37,341 nt of DNA. Origin: Oscillospiraceae bacterium (lineage in GTDB: Bacteria > Bacillota > Clostridia > Oscillospirales > Oscillospiraceae). How positions within the stretch are numbered: position 1 is the stretch's first letter; the number at the start of each line of letters is the position of its first letter. The notes beneath the pieces were generated by a model. The model was not told the DNA's origin. It did no database searches and saw nothing but the letters and a program-made list of their open reading frames with translations. Below, one piece after another: positions 26,267-34,562 of the stretch. The stretch covers positions 2,242-39,582 of the forward strand of contig JAUNGH010000001.1 of the NCBI GenBank assembly GCA_030524605.1. Reading direction: 5' to 3'. A program made the translations under genes and the position numbers.

Positions 26267-27034
26267 ATGGGTCATATCAAGGTCACACAGTCCGGCCCTG
26301 CGGCCGTTTTATCCATTGACCGGCCCGAGGCGCTGAACGCCCTGAGCCGCGCCCTAGTGGACGAGCTGGATGAGATGTTAGAGCAGCTGGCCGCTTCCAA
26401 CGAGATCAAGGCCCTGATCCTGTACGGCCCCCGAAACTTTGCCGCCGGGGCCGACATCCGCGACATGGCCGGCTGCACGCCGGAGCAGGCCTCCACCTTC
26501 TCTTTCACCCCCACCTTCAACCGATTGGGAGAGTTCCCGGTCCCGACCATTGCCGCCATGGAGGGCTATGCCCTGGGCGGCGGGTTGGAACTGGCGCTGG
26601 CCTGTGATCTGCGCATCGCCGGGGAGTCCTGTAAAATGGGCTTTCCGGAGATTACGCTGGGCATTATGCCGGGAGGTGGCGGCACTGCCCGCGCCCCCCG
26701 GCTTGTCGGCACCGCCAAGGCCATGGAGCTGATCTTTACCGGCAGCGTCATCTCCGCGCCGGAGGCGCTGCGCATTGGTCTTGTCAATCAGACAGTGCCC
26801 GATGGTGAGGTGCTTCCCCAGGCGCAAAAGCTCGCCGGACGCATCTCCGCGTTCAGCCGGACCGCGCTGGAAACCGCCAAGCAGACGATCTTAGAGGGGG
26901 CGCGCCATCCCTCCGTCCTCTCGGCGGCTGCCGTAGAGTATAGAAACTGGCCGTCCCTGTTTGCCACGCAGGACCAGAAGGAAGGGATGCGCGCCTTCCT
27001 GGAAAAACGGAAGCCGGTCTTTACGGACCGCTGA
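26267..27034 (+). CDS. Enoyl-CoA hydratase (crotonase family)
   Basis: RPEALNAL, FAAGADI, ALGGGLELALACD and PEITLGIMPGGGGT (both catalytic Glu present). Confidence 0.93.
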   Translation: MGHIKVTQSGPAAVLSIDRPEALNALSRALVDELDEMLEQLAASNEIKALILYGPRNFAAGADIRDMAGCTPEQASTFSFTPTFNRLGEFPVPTIAAMEGYALGGGLELALACDLRIAGESCKMGFPEITLGIMPGGGGTARAPRLVGTAKAMELIFTGSVISAPEALRIGLVNQTVPDGEVLPQAQKLAGRISAFSRTALETAKQTILEGARHPSVLSAAAVEYRNWPSLFATQDQKEGMRAFLEKRKPVFTDR

Positions 27035-27058
27035 CCGGATACGGAAAGAAGGATATCT

Positions 27059-28243
27059 ATGAAAAAGGAAGTCATGATTACCGCCGGGTGCCGCACGCCT
27101 ATCGGCGCCATCGGCGGACAGTTTAAAGCGTTGACCGCCCTGGATCTCTCCGTGCCTGTAATGCAGGCGCTGATCGAGCGCTCCGGTGCCGATCCCGCCG
27201 GAGTCGGCGATGTGATCTGGGGCTGCAACTATCAGCGCACCTATCTGGAAAACAATCTGGCGCGGGTGGCACTGGTCAAGGCCGGGCTTCCCGTCAGCGT
27301 TCCCGGCATCACTGTGCACCGCAACTGCACGTCGTCCATGTCCGCTGTGCAGATGGGCTATTATCAGATCCTGGCTGGAGAGGCATCTTGCATTCTGGCC
27401 GGCGGCGCCGACAGCATGAGTACGGCGCCCCACATGGTGTTCAACGCCCGGTACGGGCAGAAATTCGGCCATATGGAGCTACGGGACTCCATGTGGGACT
27501 CCCTGACGAATCTGGGCATCGGCCCCAGCATGGGAATCACCGCAGAAAATGTGGCGGAGCGCTTTGGCGTCACCCGGCAGGATATGGACGCTTACGCGCT
27601 CCTCTCCCAGCAGCGGGCGGCGGCAGCCATGGACGCAGGCCGCTTTCGTGATGAGATCATCCCGGTCAGCGTTCCCTCCAAAAAGGGTGCTCTTGTCTGC
27701 GCCGCAGATGAATATCCCCGCAGGGACGTGACGGCGGACGCCCTTGCCCGGCTGAAGCCGGCCTTCCTGGAAAACGGCGCCGTTACCGCAGGAAATGCCT
27801 CGGGCATGAATGACGCGGCAGCCGGCATTATGCTGATGGAGGGTTCCGCCGCCAAGCGCGCGGGCGCCAATCCCCTGGCGCGGATCGTCTCCACCGCCAC
27901 CACCGGCGTGGAGCCGGAGGTCATGGGCATCGCCCCCATCAGCGCTTCCCGGAGAGCCCTGGAAAAAGCGGGCCTGACCATCGGCGACATGGACCTCTTT
28001 GAGATCAACGAGGCCTTTGCCGCCCAGTGCCTGGCCTGCCAGCGTGAACTGGGCATTCCACCGGAAAAGCTGAACGTCAACGGCGGCGGCATCTCTCTGG
28101 GCCATCCGGTGGGCGCCACCGGGGTCCGCATCATTGTCACATTGATGTACGAGCTGCGCCGGCGGAGGCAGCGTTATGGACTGGCCACGCTGTGTGCCGG
28201 CGGCGGCATGGGAACGGCGGTCATTATCGAAAATCTGTTTTAA
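27059..28243 (+). CDS. Thiolase (acetyl-CoA C-acyltransferase)
   Basis: RTPIG, nucleophile in HRNCTSS, VTAGNAS..ND.A, EINEAF, GHPVGATG and LCAGGG. Confidence 0.94.
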   Translation: MKKEVMITAGCRTPIGAIGGQFKALTALDLSVPVMQALIERSGADPAGVGDVIWGCNYQRTYLENNLARVALVKAGLPVSVPGITVHRNCTSSMSAVQMGYYQILAGEASCILAGGADSMSTAPHMVFNARYGQKFGHMELRDSMWDSLTNLGIGPSMGITAENVAERFGVTRQDMDAYALLSQQRAAAAMDAGRFRDEIIPVSVPSKKGALVCAADEYPRRDVTADALARLKPAFLENGAVTAGNASGMNDAAAGIMLMEGSAAKRAGANPLARIVSTATTGVEPEVMGIAPISASRRALEKAGLTIGDMDLFEINEAFAAQCLACQRELGIPPEKLNVNGGGISLGHPVGATGVRIIVTLMYELRRRRQRYGLATLCAGGGMGTAVIIENLF

Positions 28244-28255
28244 AAAAACCGTCTC

Positions 28256-28302
28256 AAGCCTGCGGGAACCCTGTGGTCTCCGCAGGCTTTCCCTTCTTTT
28301 TT
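28256..28302 (+). terminator. Terminator of the abfD-like operon
   Basis: AAGCCTGCGG...CCGCAGGCTT followed by a pyrimidine/T tract. Confidence 0.75.
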
Positions 28303-28309
28303 CACCGGG

Positions 28310-28350
28310 AAAGCAAATCGTGACCGCCGGGATCGGAGGTCACGATTTGC
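28310..28350 (-). terminator. Terminator hairpin of the leuCD-TRAP-lyase operon
   Basis: GCAAATCGTGACC...GGTCACGATTTGC, a 13-bp stem 20 bp past the lyase stop. Confidence 0.7.
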
Positions 28351-28369
28351 TCTGTGCCAGTTCAGGGTG

Positions 28370-29245
28370 TCAAGTGGCGGGGATGTACTTTTTCTCCCGC
28401 TCCTGGATGGAGGGCATGCCCAGCAGGCTGACCAGCTCATTGTGATCGGCTTTTTCAAGGGGCATACCGGCCTGCTCGTGATGCTCGCCTACAAATTGAA
28501 TGGCCTTTTTCAGCGCGGGATACATATAGTTGATGGGGACCAGCGCGAAGTGGGCGATCTTGGGCTTGATGTACTCCAGATCCTTTCTGGTCAGGCTGTC
28601 CAGCCCACCGCAGACCACCAGGGAGACTCTTCCGTCCATAGCGTCCACGAACCGCTTGATCTCCTCCGGATTGCCATGGAAGGACTTGCTGATGCCCTGG
28701 ACCAAGTCGGCGCCGGCATCCAGATACATCCTGGCCCGCCGGTACTGCTCCTCCTGATCGGTGATATCCGTGCGGGCGATGATCACCGTCTCGGGATAAA
28801 GGCGGTTCTCCGCAGCGGCGCGGATCTTTCCGGCGGCCTCCTCGGCGGAGATGGTGGTATTCAGATCCGTCACGCAGATGGGGCAGCGCTTGGGGCTGAT
28901 TTGATCTTCAATGATTACACCGGAGACGCCGGCGCGCTCAAAGTCGTTCACGGTCTTGATGGTCGTGACGGCGTTGCCGTAAGCGGTGTCGATATCGGCA
29001 ATCAGGGGAACGTCGATGACATAGCACATGTTGGACACCGCATAGACATTGTCCGAACGGGTGTAAAGCTCGGCGTCGGGAAGGCCCATGGCCTGGGCCG
29101 CCAGCGTGAAGCCGCTGGACAAAATCGCGTCGACGCCTGGGGTCCGGCTGGCGATCTTGGCGGACAGCGCATCGCCCACGCCGATGGTATAAAGAGTCTC
29201 CTTCTCCGCCATCAAACGGCGAAGCGTACCTCGGTCAGTCATCAT
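28370..29245 (-). CDS. Isocitrate lyase/PEP mutase superfamily enzyme, PrpB/2,3-dimethylmalate-lyase-like, with an atypical loop
   Basis: DALSAK, SSGF, GLPD, PLIADIDTAYG, IIEDQ.SPKRC, IIARTD and YLDAGAD. Confidence 0.88.
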   Translation of the reverse strand: MMTDRGTLRRLMAEKETLYTIGVGDALSAKIASRTPGVDAILSSGFTLAAQAMGLPDAELYTRSDNVYAVSNMCYVIDVPLIADIDTAYGNAVTTIKTVNDFERAGVSGVIIEDQISPKRCPICVTDLNTTISAEEAAGKIRAAAENRLYPETVIIARTDITDQEEQYRRARMYLDAGADLVQGISKSFHGNPEEIKRFVDAMDGRVSLVVCGGLDSLTRKDLEYIKPKIAHFALVPINYMYPALKKAIQFVGEHHEQAGMPLEKADHNELVSLLGMPSIQEREKKYIPAT

Positions 29246-29295
29246 AACAAAACATCACCTTTCTAAAATTTTGATTTTTCAGCGGAAACGCGGGG

Positions 29296-29847
29296 TCAGA
29301 TACTTGCGTTCTCCTCGTCCGGATCCTTTCCTTGGTAGAGGATGGTGGTATTGTCAGTCAGGATATTTTTCAGTAAGACGAACAGGCTTTCCACCGTCAT
29401 CATGACATACGCCAAAGGCGGCAGGTAATACATGAACCAGACCGGAAGCGAAGTCGTGCCGGCGACAAAGGACAGGTTGTCCTGGGTGGCGGAGATGGCA
29501 TATTTCATGGAAAAAAGGAACATCAAAATATACGCAGCCATCTCCAGAACCGGCAGAATGATCACATTGACGCGCTGCGCCTTGTGGGGCAGGCGGTTGG
29601 TCATGGCCACGATGCGCGGCATCACGCCGGAGGCCAGGGCCAGGCACATGGAGGGCAGGATCGTCAGCGGCATGATATAATAGGACACGATTTCAAACGT
29701 TCCGACCAGCGCGGTGGAGGACAGGTTGCGGACCAGCACGTCCACGGTGATATAGAGCATCATGATGAACACACCAGCGCCGCCCAACGCGAGCATGCAG
29801 TTTTTGATCTTGCTGTGGATACCATACAGTTTATCAACGGTTTTCAT
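29296..29847 (-). CDS. TRAP transporter small permease, DctQ-like
   Basis: Four TM helices; DVLVRN...GTFEI and P.W..Y..P motifs; adjacent to DctM. Confidence 0.85.
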   Translation of the reverse strand: MKTVDKLYGIHSKIKNCMLALGGAGVFIMMLYITVDVLVRNLSSTALVGTFEIVSYYIMPLTILPSMCLALASGVMPRIVAMTNRLPHKAQRVNVIILPVLEMAAYILMFLFSMKYAISATQDNLSFVAGTTSLPVWFMYYLPPLAYVMMTVESLFVLLKNILTDNTTILYQGKDPDEENASI

Positions 29848-29863
29848 CGTACAGTCTCCCTTC

Positions 29864-31171
29864 TTACAGCATCAGGCTCGGCAGGAACGTCACGATCTGC
29901 GGGAAGAGGACCATCAGTCCGCCGACAATGACCGTCGCGGCCAGCGCAAAGACCATAGACCGCTTAAAGGGCCCCTCCACCGGGATCCCGGCGGTGCCGC
30001 ACACGGAGTAGACGCAGACGCCCACGGGAGGCGTCAGCTGGCCGATGACGCAGCAGAAGCAGACAACGATGCCGAACCACAGCATGTCAACACCCAGCTC
30101 CTGCATAACGGGGAGCAGCACAGGGGTGGTCATCACGATGACGGCCGTGCCCTCCATCAGCATGAACAGGACAAAGTACACGATGATGCAGATGACCAGG
30201 ATAATCCGTGGATGGGACATCAGGGGGCCCAGCAGCTCCACAAAGGCGTCGGAGACCTTGCTCAAAGACATGAACCGGCCGAAGATCTTGGCGCCGATCA
30301 TGATCAGCATGACCATGGCGGTGATGTTCACAGTGCTCTTGGCTGCCCGGACCAGGAATTCTTTGGTAACTTTCCCCAGGCACAGCGCGCAGATCAGGGC
30401 CACCGTGGCGGACACCGCGCCGGCCTCCGTGGCGGTCATAAAGCCGGAGTAAATGCCGCCGAAGATCGTAACCGCGATGATGCAGGCGACGGTGATGGAG
30501 ACAATGGCGTTACGCTTGTCAACGTGGACTGGCGTAAACGCGGACACCGCGCCGGACGCCTTGCTCTCCCCCCGCAGGAAAAACAGGGTGCAGCCGATGA
30601 ACACCAGCGTTGTCAAAACGCCGGGGATCACGGACGCCACAAACAGCCGTCCAATCGGCGTCTCCGTGGTGATGCCGTAGACGATGATGGTGATGCTGGG
30701 CGGGATGATCCCGGCCAGGGACCCGGCGGAAGCGGAGACCGCCGCCGCCAGGTCGGAACTGTATCCGCGTTTGACCAGCTGGGGATAGGCAGCCTGGCCA
30801 AGCGCGGCGGAGGTCGCCGTGCCGGAGCCGCAGACCGCGCCCAGAAACGCGCCCAGAATGGAACAGAACGCACCCAGGACACCCTTCCGGCCATGGGAGA
30901 TGTTGTACAGGATGTTGAACAGGTCTTCGACGACGCCCGCCTCCAGGATCAGCTGTGCGCAAAGCACATACAGCGGGATAGTCGTCATGGAATAGGTTGC
31001 GACAGTCGTGAAGGTCGTGTAGCTCAGAAGGCCGGGGAGCAGAGCGGTTTTTCCCAATGCGGCGATACCAACGATACCCACCGCCAGCAGCATGGAGTGG
31101 ATATACAAGCCGCCCAGCAGCAGGACGATCAGCGTGACCGCAGCAACTAAAATTGCGGCGCCAGTTGACAT
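29864..31171 (-). CDS. TRAP transporter large permease, DctM-like
   Basis: IPLYVL, GSGTAT, GIIPPSI..IVYG, TATEAG and GQLTPPVG. Confidence 0.93.
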   Translation of the reverse strand: MSTGAAILVAAVTLIVLLLGGLYIHSMLLAVGIVGIAALGKTALLPGLLSYTTFTTVATYSMTTIPLYVLCAQLILEAGVVEDLFNILYNISHGRKGVLGAFCSILGAFLGAVCGSGTATSAALGQAAYPQLVKRGYSSDLAAAVSASAGSLAGIIPPSITIIVYGITTETPIGRLFVASVIPGVLTTLVFIGCTLFFLRGESKASGAVSAFTPVHVDKRNAIVSITVACIIAVTIFGGIYSGFMTATEAGAVSATVALICALCLGKVTKEFLVRAAKSTVNITAMVMLIMIGAKIFGRFMSLSKVSDAFVELLGPLMSHPRIILVICIIVYFVLFMLMEGTAVIVMTTPVLLPVMQELGVDMLWFGIVVCFCCVIGQLTPPVGVCVYSVCGTAGIPVEGPFKRSMVFALAATVIVGGLMVLFPQIVTFLPSLML

Positions 31172-31215
31172 AATTTACCTCCTAATATACATTCCAAGCA
31201 AAACGGGGGCGCAAA

Positions 31216-32427
31216 TCAGCCGGCATACTCCGCCAGCAGAGTCTCCAGAGCCTCATCGACGCCATCAATCATCTCCGCGCCGTTGTCAACCATGCAGTCC
31301 CTCCACAGCTTGCAGATCTTCGCACCGGGAACGCCGCTCTCCTCCAGCATCTCCACATAGTCGATCCAGGTCTGTACACAGGCGGAATTGACCTTGTCCT
31401 GCAGATCCTGAGGCAGATCGGTGTACTGCACAAACTTGCCGCCATTGCCCTCGACAGTCGCCTTGACCTCCTCGGTCTTGGCATCCCAGTACTCGCAGCC
31501 GGCAGGCAGAAGCTCCGCGGCGGCGTCCGTGATAATCTGCTGGTAGACCTCGGGCATGGAATCCCAGAAGTCCTTGCTCCAGCCCATGCCGGCGGTAAAG
31601 TGGCCGAAGCTCAAGCCTTCGATGGCATACTTATAGAGCTCGTCCAGGCCATAGGAAGCCCAGTCAGGGATCTGCTGGAAGCCGCCGTCAGCGGTGCCGC
31701 GGGACAGGGTATCGTACAGGTCATAAGCGGTGACATTCAGCGGCGTGATGCCCAGCTCATCAGCCAGGAACTGCTGGGGACGGCTGGAGGTGCGGATGAT
31801 CAGGCCGGACCAGTCGGTCATGGTGGTGATATCCTTGGTGGTCGTGGAGATCGCGTTACCGGGAGGGTTGTTGTGGGCGATGAAATGCACGCCGTTATCC
31901 TCAAAATACAACTCATTGAAGGTCTTGCCGTCGGCAATGATCTCATCGCTGTTCAACAGGTCCACATAGGCGTTGGAGCAGATCTCGGCGGTGGAGATCT
32001 TGATGGGCAGCTGCGGGACGTCACCGGCGGGGAAACGGGAGGTGTCATAGATGGGAGTCAGGGGCATGGCCACGTCGGCAACGCCATCGCGGAGAGCGTC
32101 GTATTCCTTGCCGCCGTCCACCAGCTCGCCGGACAGATAGGTCTCCCAGGTGATCAGGCCATCGGATAGCTCGGTGACCCGATCCATGAAGGGCTCATAG
32201 AAGCCGGCATAGCAGCAATGGGTGTTGTTCAGGGCAGAGGTCATCACGATCTCAAGGGGCTCCGCTCCAGTCAGATCGTAGCCGTAGGCATTGACGCCGG
32301 AGGTGGACTGGGCAGCATCGCCGTCATTCGTGTCTGCCGGCGTCTCATCGCCGCCTCCGCAGGCAGCCAGGGACAAAACCAGGGTTGCGCTCAGCAGGAG
32401 TGCCAGAAACTTCTTTGCCTTTTTCAT
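31216..32427 (-). CDS. TRAP substrate-binding lipoprotein, DctP-like (403 aa)
   Basis: RBS AAAGGA before ATG 32427; lipobox LAAC; SGEL...DALRDGVAD, D.SGL.IR and YDTLSRGTADG. Confidence 0.9.
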   Translation of the reverse strand: MKKAKKFLALLLSATLVLSLAACGGGDETPADTNDGDAAQSTSGVNAYGYDLTGAEPLEIVMTSALNNTHCCYAGFYEPFMDRVTELSDGLITWETYLSGELVDGGKEYDALRDGVADVAMPLTPIYDTSRFPAGDVPQLPIKISTAEICSNAYVDLLNSDEIIADGKTFNELYFEDNGVHFIAHNNPPGNAISTTTKDITTMTDWSGLIIRTSSRPQQFLADELGITPLNVTAYDLYDTLSRGTADGGFQQIPDWASYGLDELYKYAIEGLSFGHFTAGMGWSKDFWDSMPEVYQQIITDAAAELLPAGCEYWDAKTEEVKATVEGNGGKFVQYTDLPQDLQDKVNSACVQTWIDYVEMLEESGVPGAKICKLWRDCMVDNGAEMIDGVDEALETLLAEYAG

Positions 32428-32485
32428 GTAAGTCTTCCTTTCTGTTTCAATAATGGGACTATCTTTCACTGGCCGTGCCAGCAGG

Positions 32486-32986
32486 TCACATTCTCTTTTC
32501 GCGGATATAATTGATCAGGCTTCCGCATTCCACAATATCCTTGGTGCGCTGGGGAACCGGATTGCACGTCAGGACTCTCTGCCCGTTGATCACAACCCGG
32601 TTGGCCTCCCAGTCCAGTTCCACAGTGTCCCAGCGCTTTACGGCGTCCAGGATCCCGGGGACTTCAATTAGGGCCACGCCGTTGGCAACCTCCCCCTTAT
32701 AAAAGCTGGGGTTGAAGCTCTCGGCAAAAACGGTGCGGATCCCCAGCGCCCGCAGGGCCTTGAAAGCCACATAGTGCGGGTGGCCGTAACCAAAGTTTTC
32801 GGCGCCCACCAGAACGTCTCCATCCTGCACGACCTGCGCAAAATCAGGATCATAGTCAGACATACAGACCTTTTTCATCTGCTCGATGTCACTGAGCTTA
32901 ATGTTTGCAACACCCACGATATTATCAATGTCATAGTTGGGCTCTTCAAAAACCCAGGCAATCCTGCCTTTCACCTTGGGAAGCAT
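32486..32986 (-). CDS. Aconitase-family small (swivel) subunit, LeuD-like, atypical active site (166 aa)
   Basis: RBS AAAGGAG before ATG 32986; DPDFA..V..GDVLV...NFG.G, ALGI..V.AESF and IVECGSL.NY; GHPHY replaces GSSRE. Confidence 0.88.
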   Translation of the reverse strand: MLPKVKGRIAWVFEEPNYDIDNIVGVANIKLSDIEQMKKVCMSDYDPDFAQVVQDGDVLVGAENFGYGHPHYVAFKALRALGIRTVFAESFNPSFYKGEVANGVALIEVPGILDAVKRWDTVELDWEANRVVINGQRVLTCNPVPQRTKDIVECGSLINYIREKRM

Positions 32987-33000
32987 AAGCGGCTCCTTTC

Positions 33001-34251
33001 TTACAACACTTTTCTGGGATCGGTGACCTTGCCATAGAGCAGGGACGCGGCGATCGTATAGGGGCTGGCGGTGTAGATATCTGCCTTGGTGCAGCCCATG
33101 CGGCCGGGAATATTCAGCGTGCCGGTGGACAGCGCCACCTCGCCGGCGGTCATTGTGCCCAGCATGCCATAGCAGAAATCGCAACTGGGATAGTAAACGC
33201 ACGCGCCCGTGTCGATCAGCCTGCCCATCATGCCGTTTGCGGCCAGCTCCTTTTGCAGCTTCACAGAGGCAGGGACCGCGTACATATGGGTGCCAGCGGC
33301 GATATGCTTGCCCTCCAGGATCTCCAGGACCTGCCGGAAATCGGAAACGCGTCCGCTGGCGCAAGAACCCACATAGCCGATGTCCACCTTCATCCCCTCA
33401 TAATCCGCGATATCGACCGTGTTTGCGGAAGAGGGCGGCGCCACCAGGACGGGAGCCACCGTACTCAGGTCCAGCGTGTATTCCTTGGCATAGACGGCGT
33501 CCTTGTCAGGCGTCACATGGGTATATTCCCTTCTGGCGGTTCCGGCCAGGAAGGCGTCCGTTTTGTCATCCTGCTCGCAGACAGCGGTGACTGCGGAGAG
33601 GAACATGGCCTGGTTGCACATGGTAATGCGGTCATCCATGCTCAGCTCCCGCAGCCCTTCCCCGCCGAATTCGATGCACAGCGAGCAGCCGCCGGAGGGG
33701 CCCAGCCGCCGGACCAGCGTGTGGAAGACATCCCGGGCGGTGACGCCCTTTTCCAATTTGCCGGTCAGGTTGACGCGGAGGGTGCCGGGCACCACAATGG
33801 ATACCTTGTTGGTGGCCAGCGCCTCAATCACCGCGTTGCGGACGCTGATCGCGCCGGCGCCCAGGGCGCCCAGCGTGCTGACATGGCCGTCAAAGTGAAT
33901 CACCATCATGCCCGGAACGATGTAGCCCTCTTCCATAATGACCTGATGTCCGATCCCCACATCCTCGTAAAGCCGGATGTTGCAGCGCTTTGCAAAGCTG
34001 CGGGTCTTTACGTGGACCTCCCGGTACTTGGTGTCGCCGGCGGGGTTGAAATGATCAATGAAAAACATAAATTTCTCCGGCTTATTCACCGTGAGGCATT
34101 TCAGTTCCTCCAGTTGCCGCTCATAGGAATCAATGTATCCCGGATAGTCATACGCGATCGTCAAATCAGGCTCAAACAGGGCTTCATCCCCCGCCCGCAC
34201 CGTTCTGCCCAGGTTTTGGGACAGAATTTTTTCAATAATCGTTTGGCCCAT
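33001..34251 (-). CDS. Aconitase-family large subunit, LeuC/HacA-like [4Fe-4S] protein, atypical (416 aa)
   Basis: RBS GGAGGAG before ATG 34251; MGQTIIEKIL, IDH, GIGHQV, GSCASGR, PSCDFCYG (three cluster Cys), GRMG and YTASP. Confidence 0.92.
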   Translation of the reverse strand: MGQTIIEKILSQNLGRTVRAGDEALFEPDLTIAYDYPGYIDSYERQLEELKCLTVNKPEKFMFFIDHFNPAGDTKYREVHVKTRSFAKRCNIRLYEDVGIGHQVIMEEGYIVPGMMVIHFDGHVSTLGALGAGAISVRNAVIEALATNKVSIVVPGTLRVNLTGKLEKGVTARDVFHTLVRRLGPSGGCSLCIEFGGEGLRELSMDDRITMCNQAMFLSAVTAVCEQDDKTDAFLAGTARREYTHVTPDKDAVYAKEYTLDLSTVAPVLVAPPSSANTVDIADYEGMKVDIGYVGSCASGRVSDFRQVLEILEGKHIAAGTHMYAVPASVKLQKELAANGMMGRLIDTGACVYYPSCDFCYGMLGTMTAGEVALSTGTLNIPGRMGCTKADIYTASPYTIAASLLYGKVTDPRKVL

Positions 34252-34283
34252 GTTGCGTCTCCTCCCATCATTACCGAACTGCA

Positions 34284-34305
34284 TTCATCGAATTTATTCG
34301 ATGAA
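34284..34305. promoter_or_regulatory. Palindromic operator, probable TetR site
   Basis: TTCATCGAAT-TT-ATTCGATGAA directly downstream of the -10 of the leuC-like promoter. Confidence 0.75.
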
Positions 34306-34314
34306 CTTGTTTTA

Positions 34315-34343
34315 ATAATATCATCGTTTATCTGTTTTGTCAA
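34315..34343 (-). promoter_or_regulatory. Strong sigmaA promoter of the leuCD-TRAP-lyase operon
   Basis: TTGACA-N17-TATTAT with a TG extension. Confidence 0.85.
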
Positions 34344-34487
34344 TTTTTTTCTTATTATCCTCTCTTTTTTTATCAAAAAACGTCAAAACTAACAAATGCC
34401 TTTTTTGTTTTCATAAATTCTGCTCTATGACTGTCCTGAAAATTGGACACATTTTCATTCATTCGTCGAATCTACTTTAAAAAAGAA

Positions 34488-34516
34488 TTGATTATTTCTT
34501 CCAAATCATTTATGAT
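34488..34516 (+). promoter_or_regulatory. sigmaA-type promoter of the TetR gene
   Basis: TTGATT-N17-TATGAT. Confidence 0.65.
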
Positions 34517-34562
34517 AATATAAATATTTCAGGCGTATTTCAGGGAAATTGGAGGAACTGTT

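Noticed and set aside
32486-34251. Annotation as leucine-biosynthetic leuC/leuD
   Set aside because: No leuA or leuB nearby, a catabolic context (TRAP, lyase, TetR), and missing catalytic motifs.
34381-34402. sigma54 promoter for the leuC-like operon (AGGCAT on the minus strand)
   Set aside because: There is no GC at -12 (AGGCAT-TTGTT-AGTT), and a near-consensus sigmaA promoter explains transcription.
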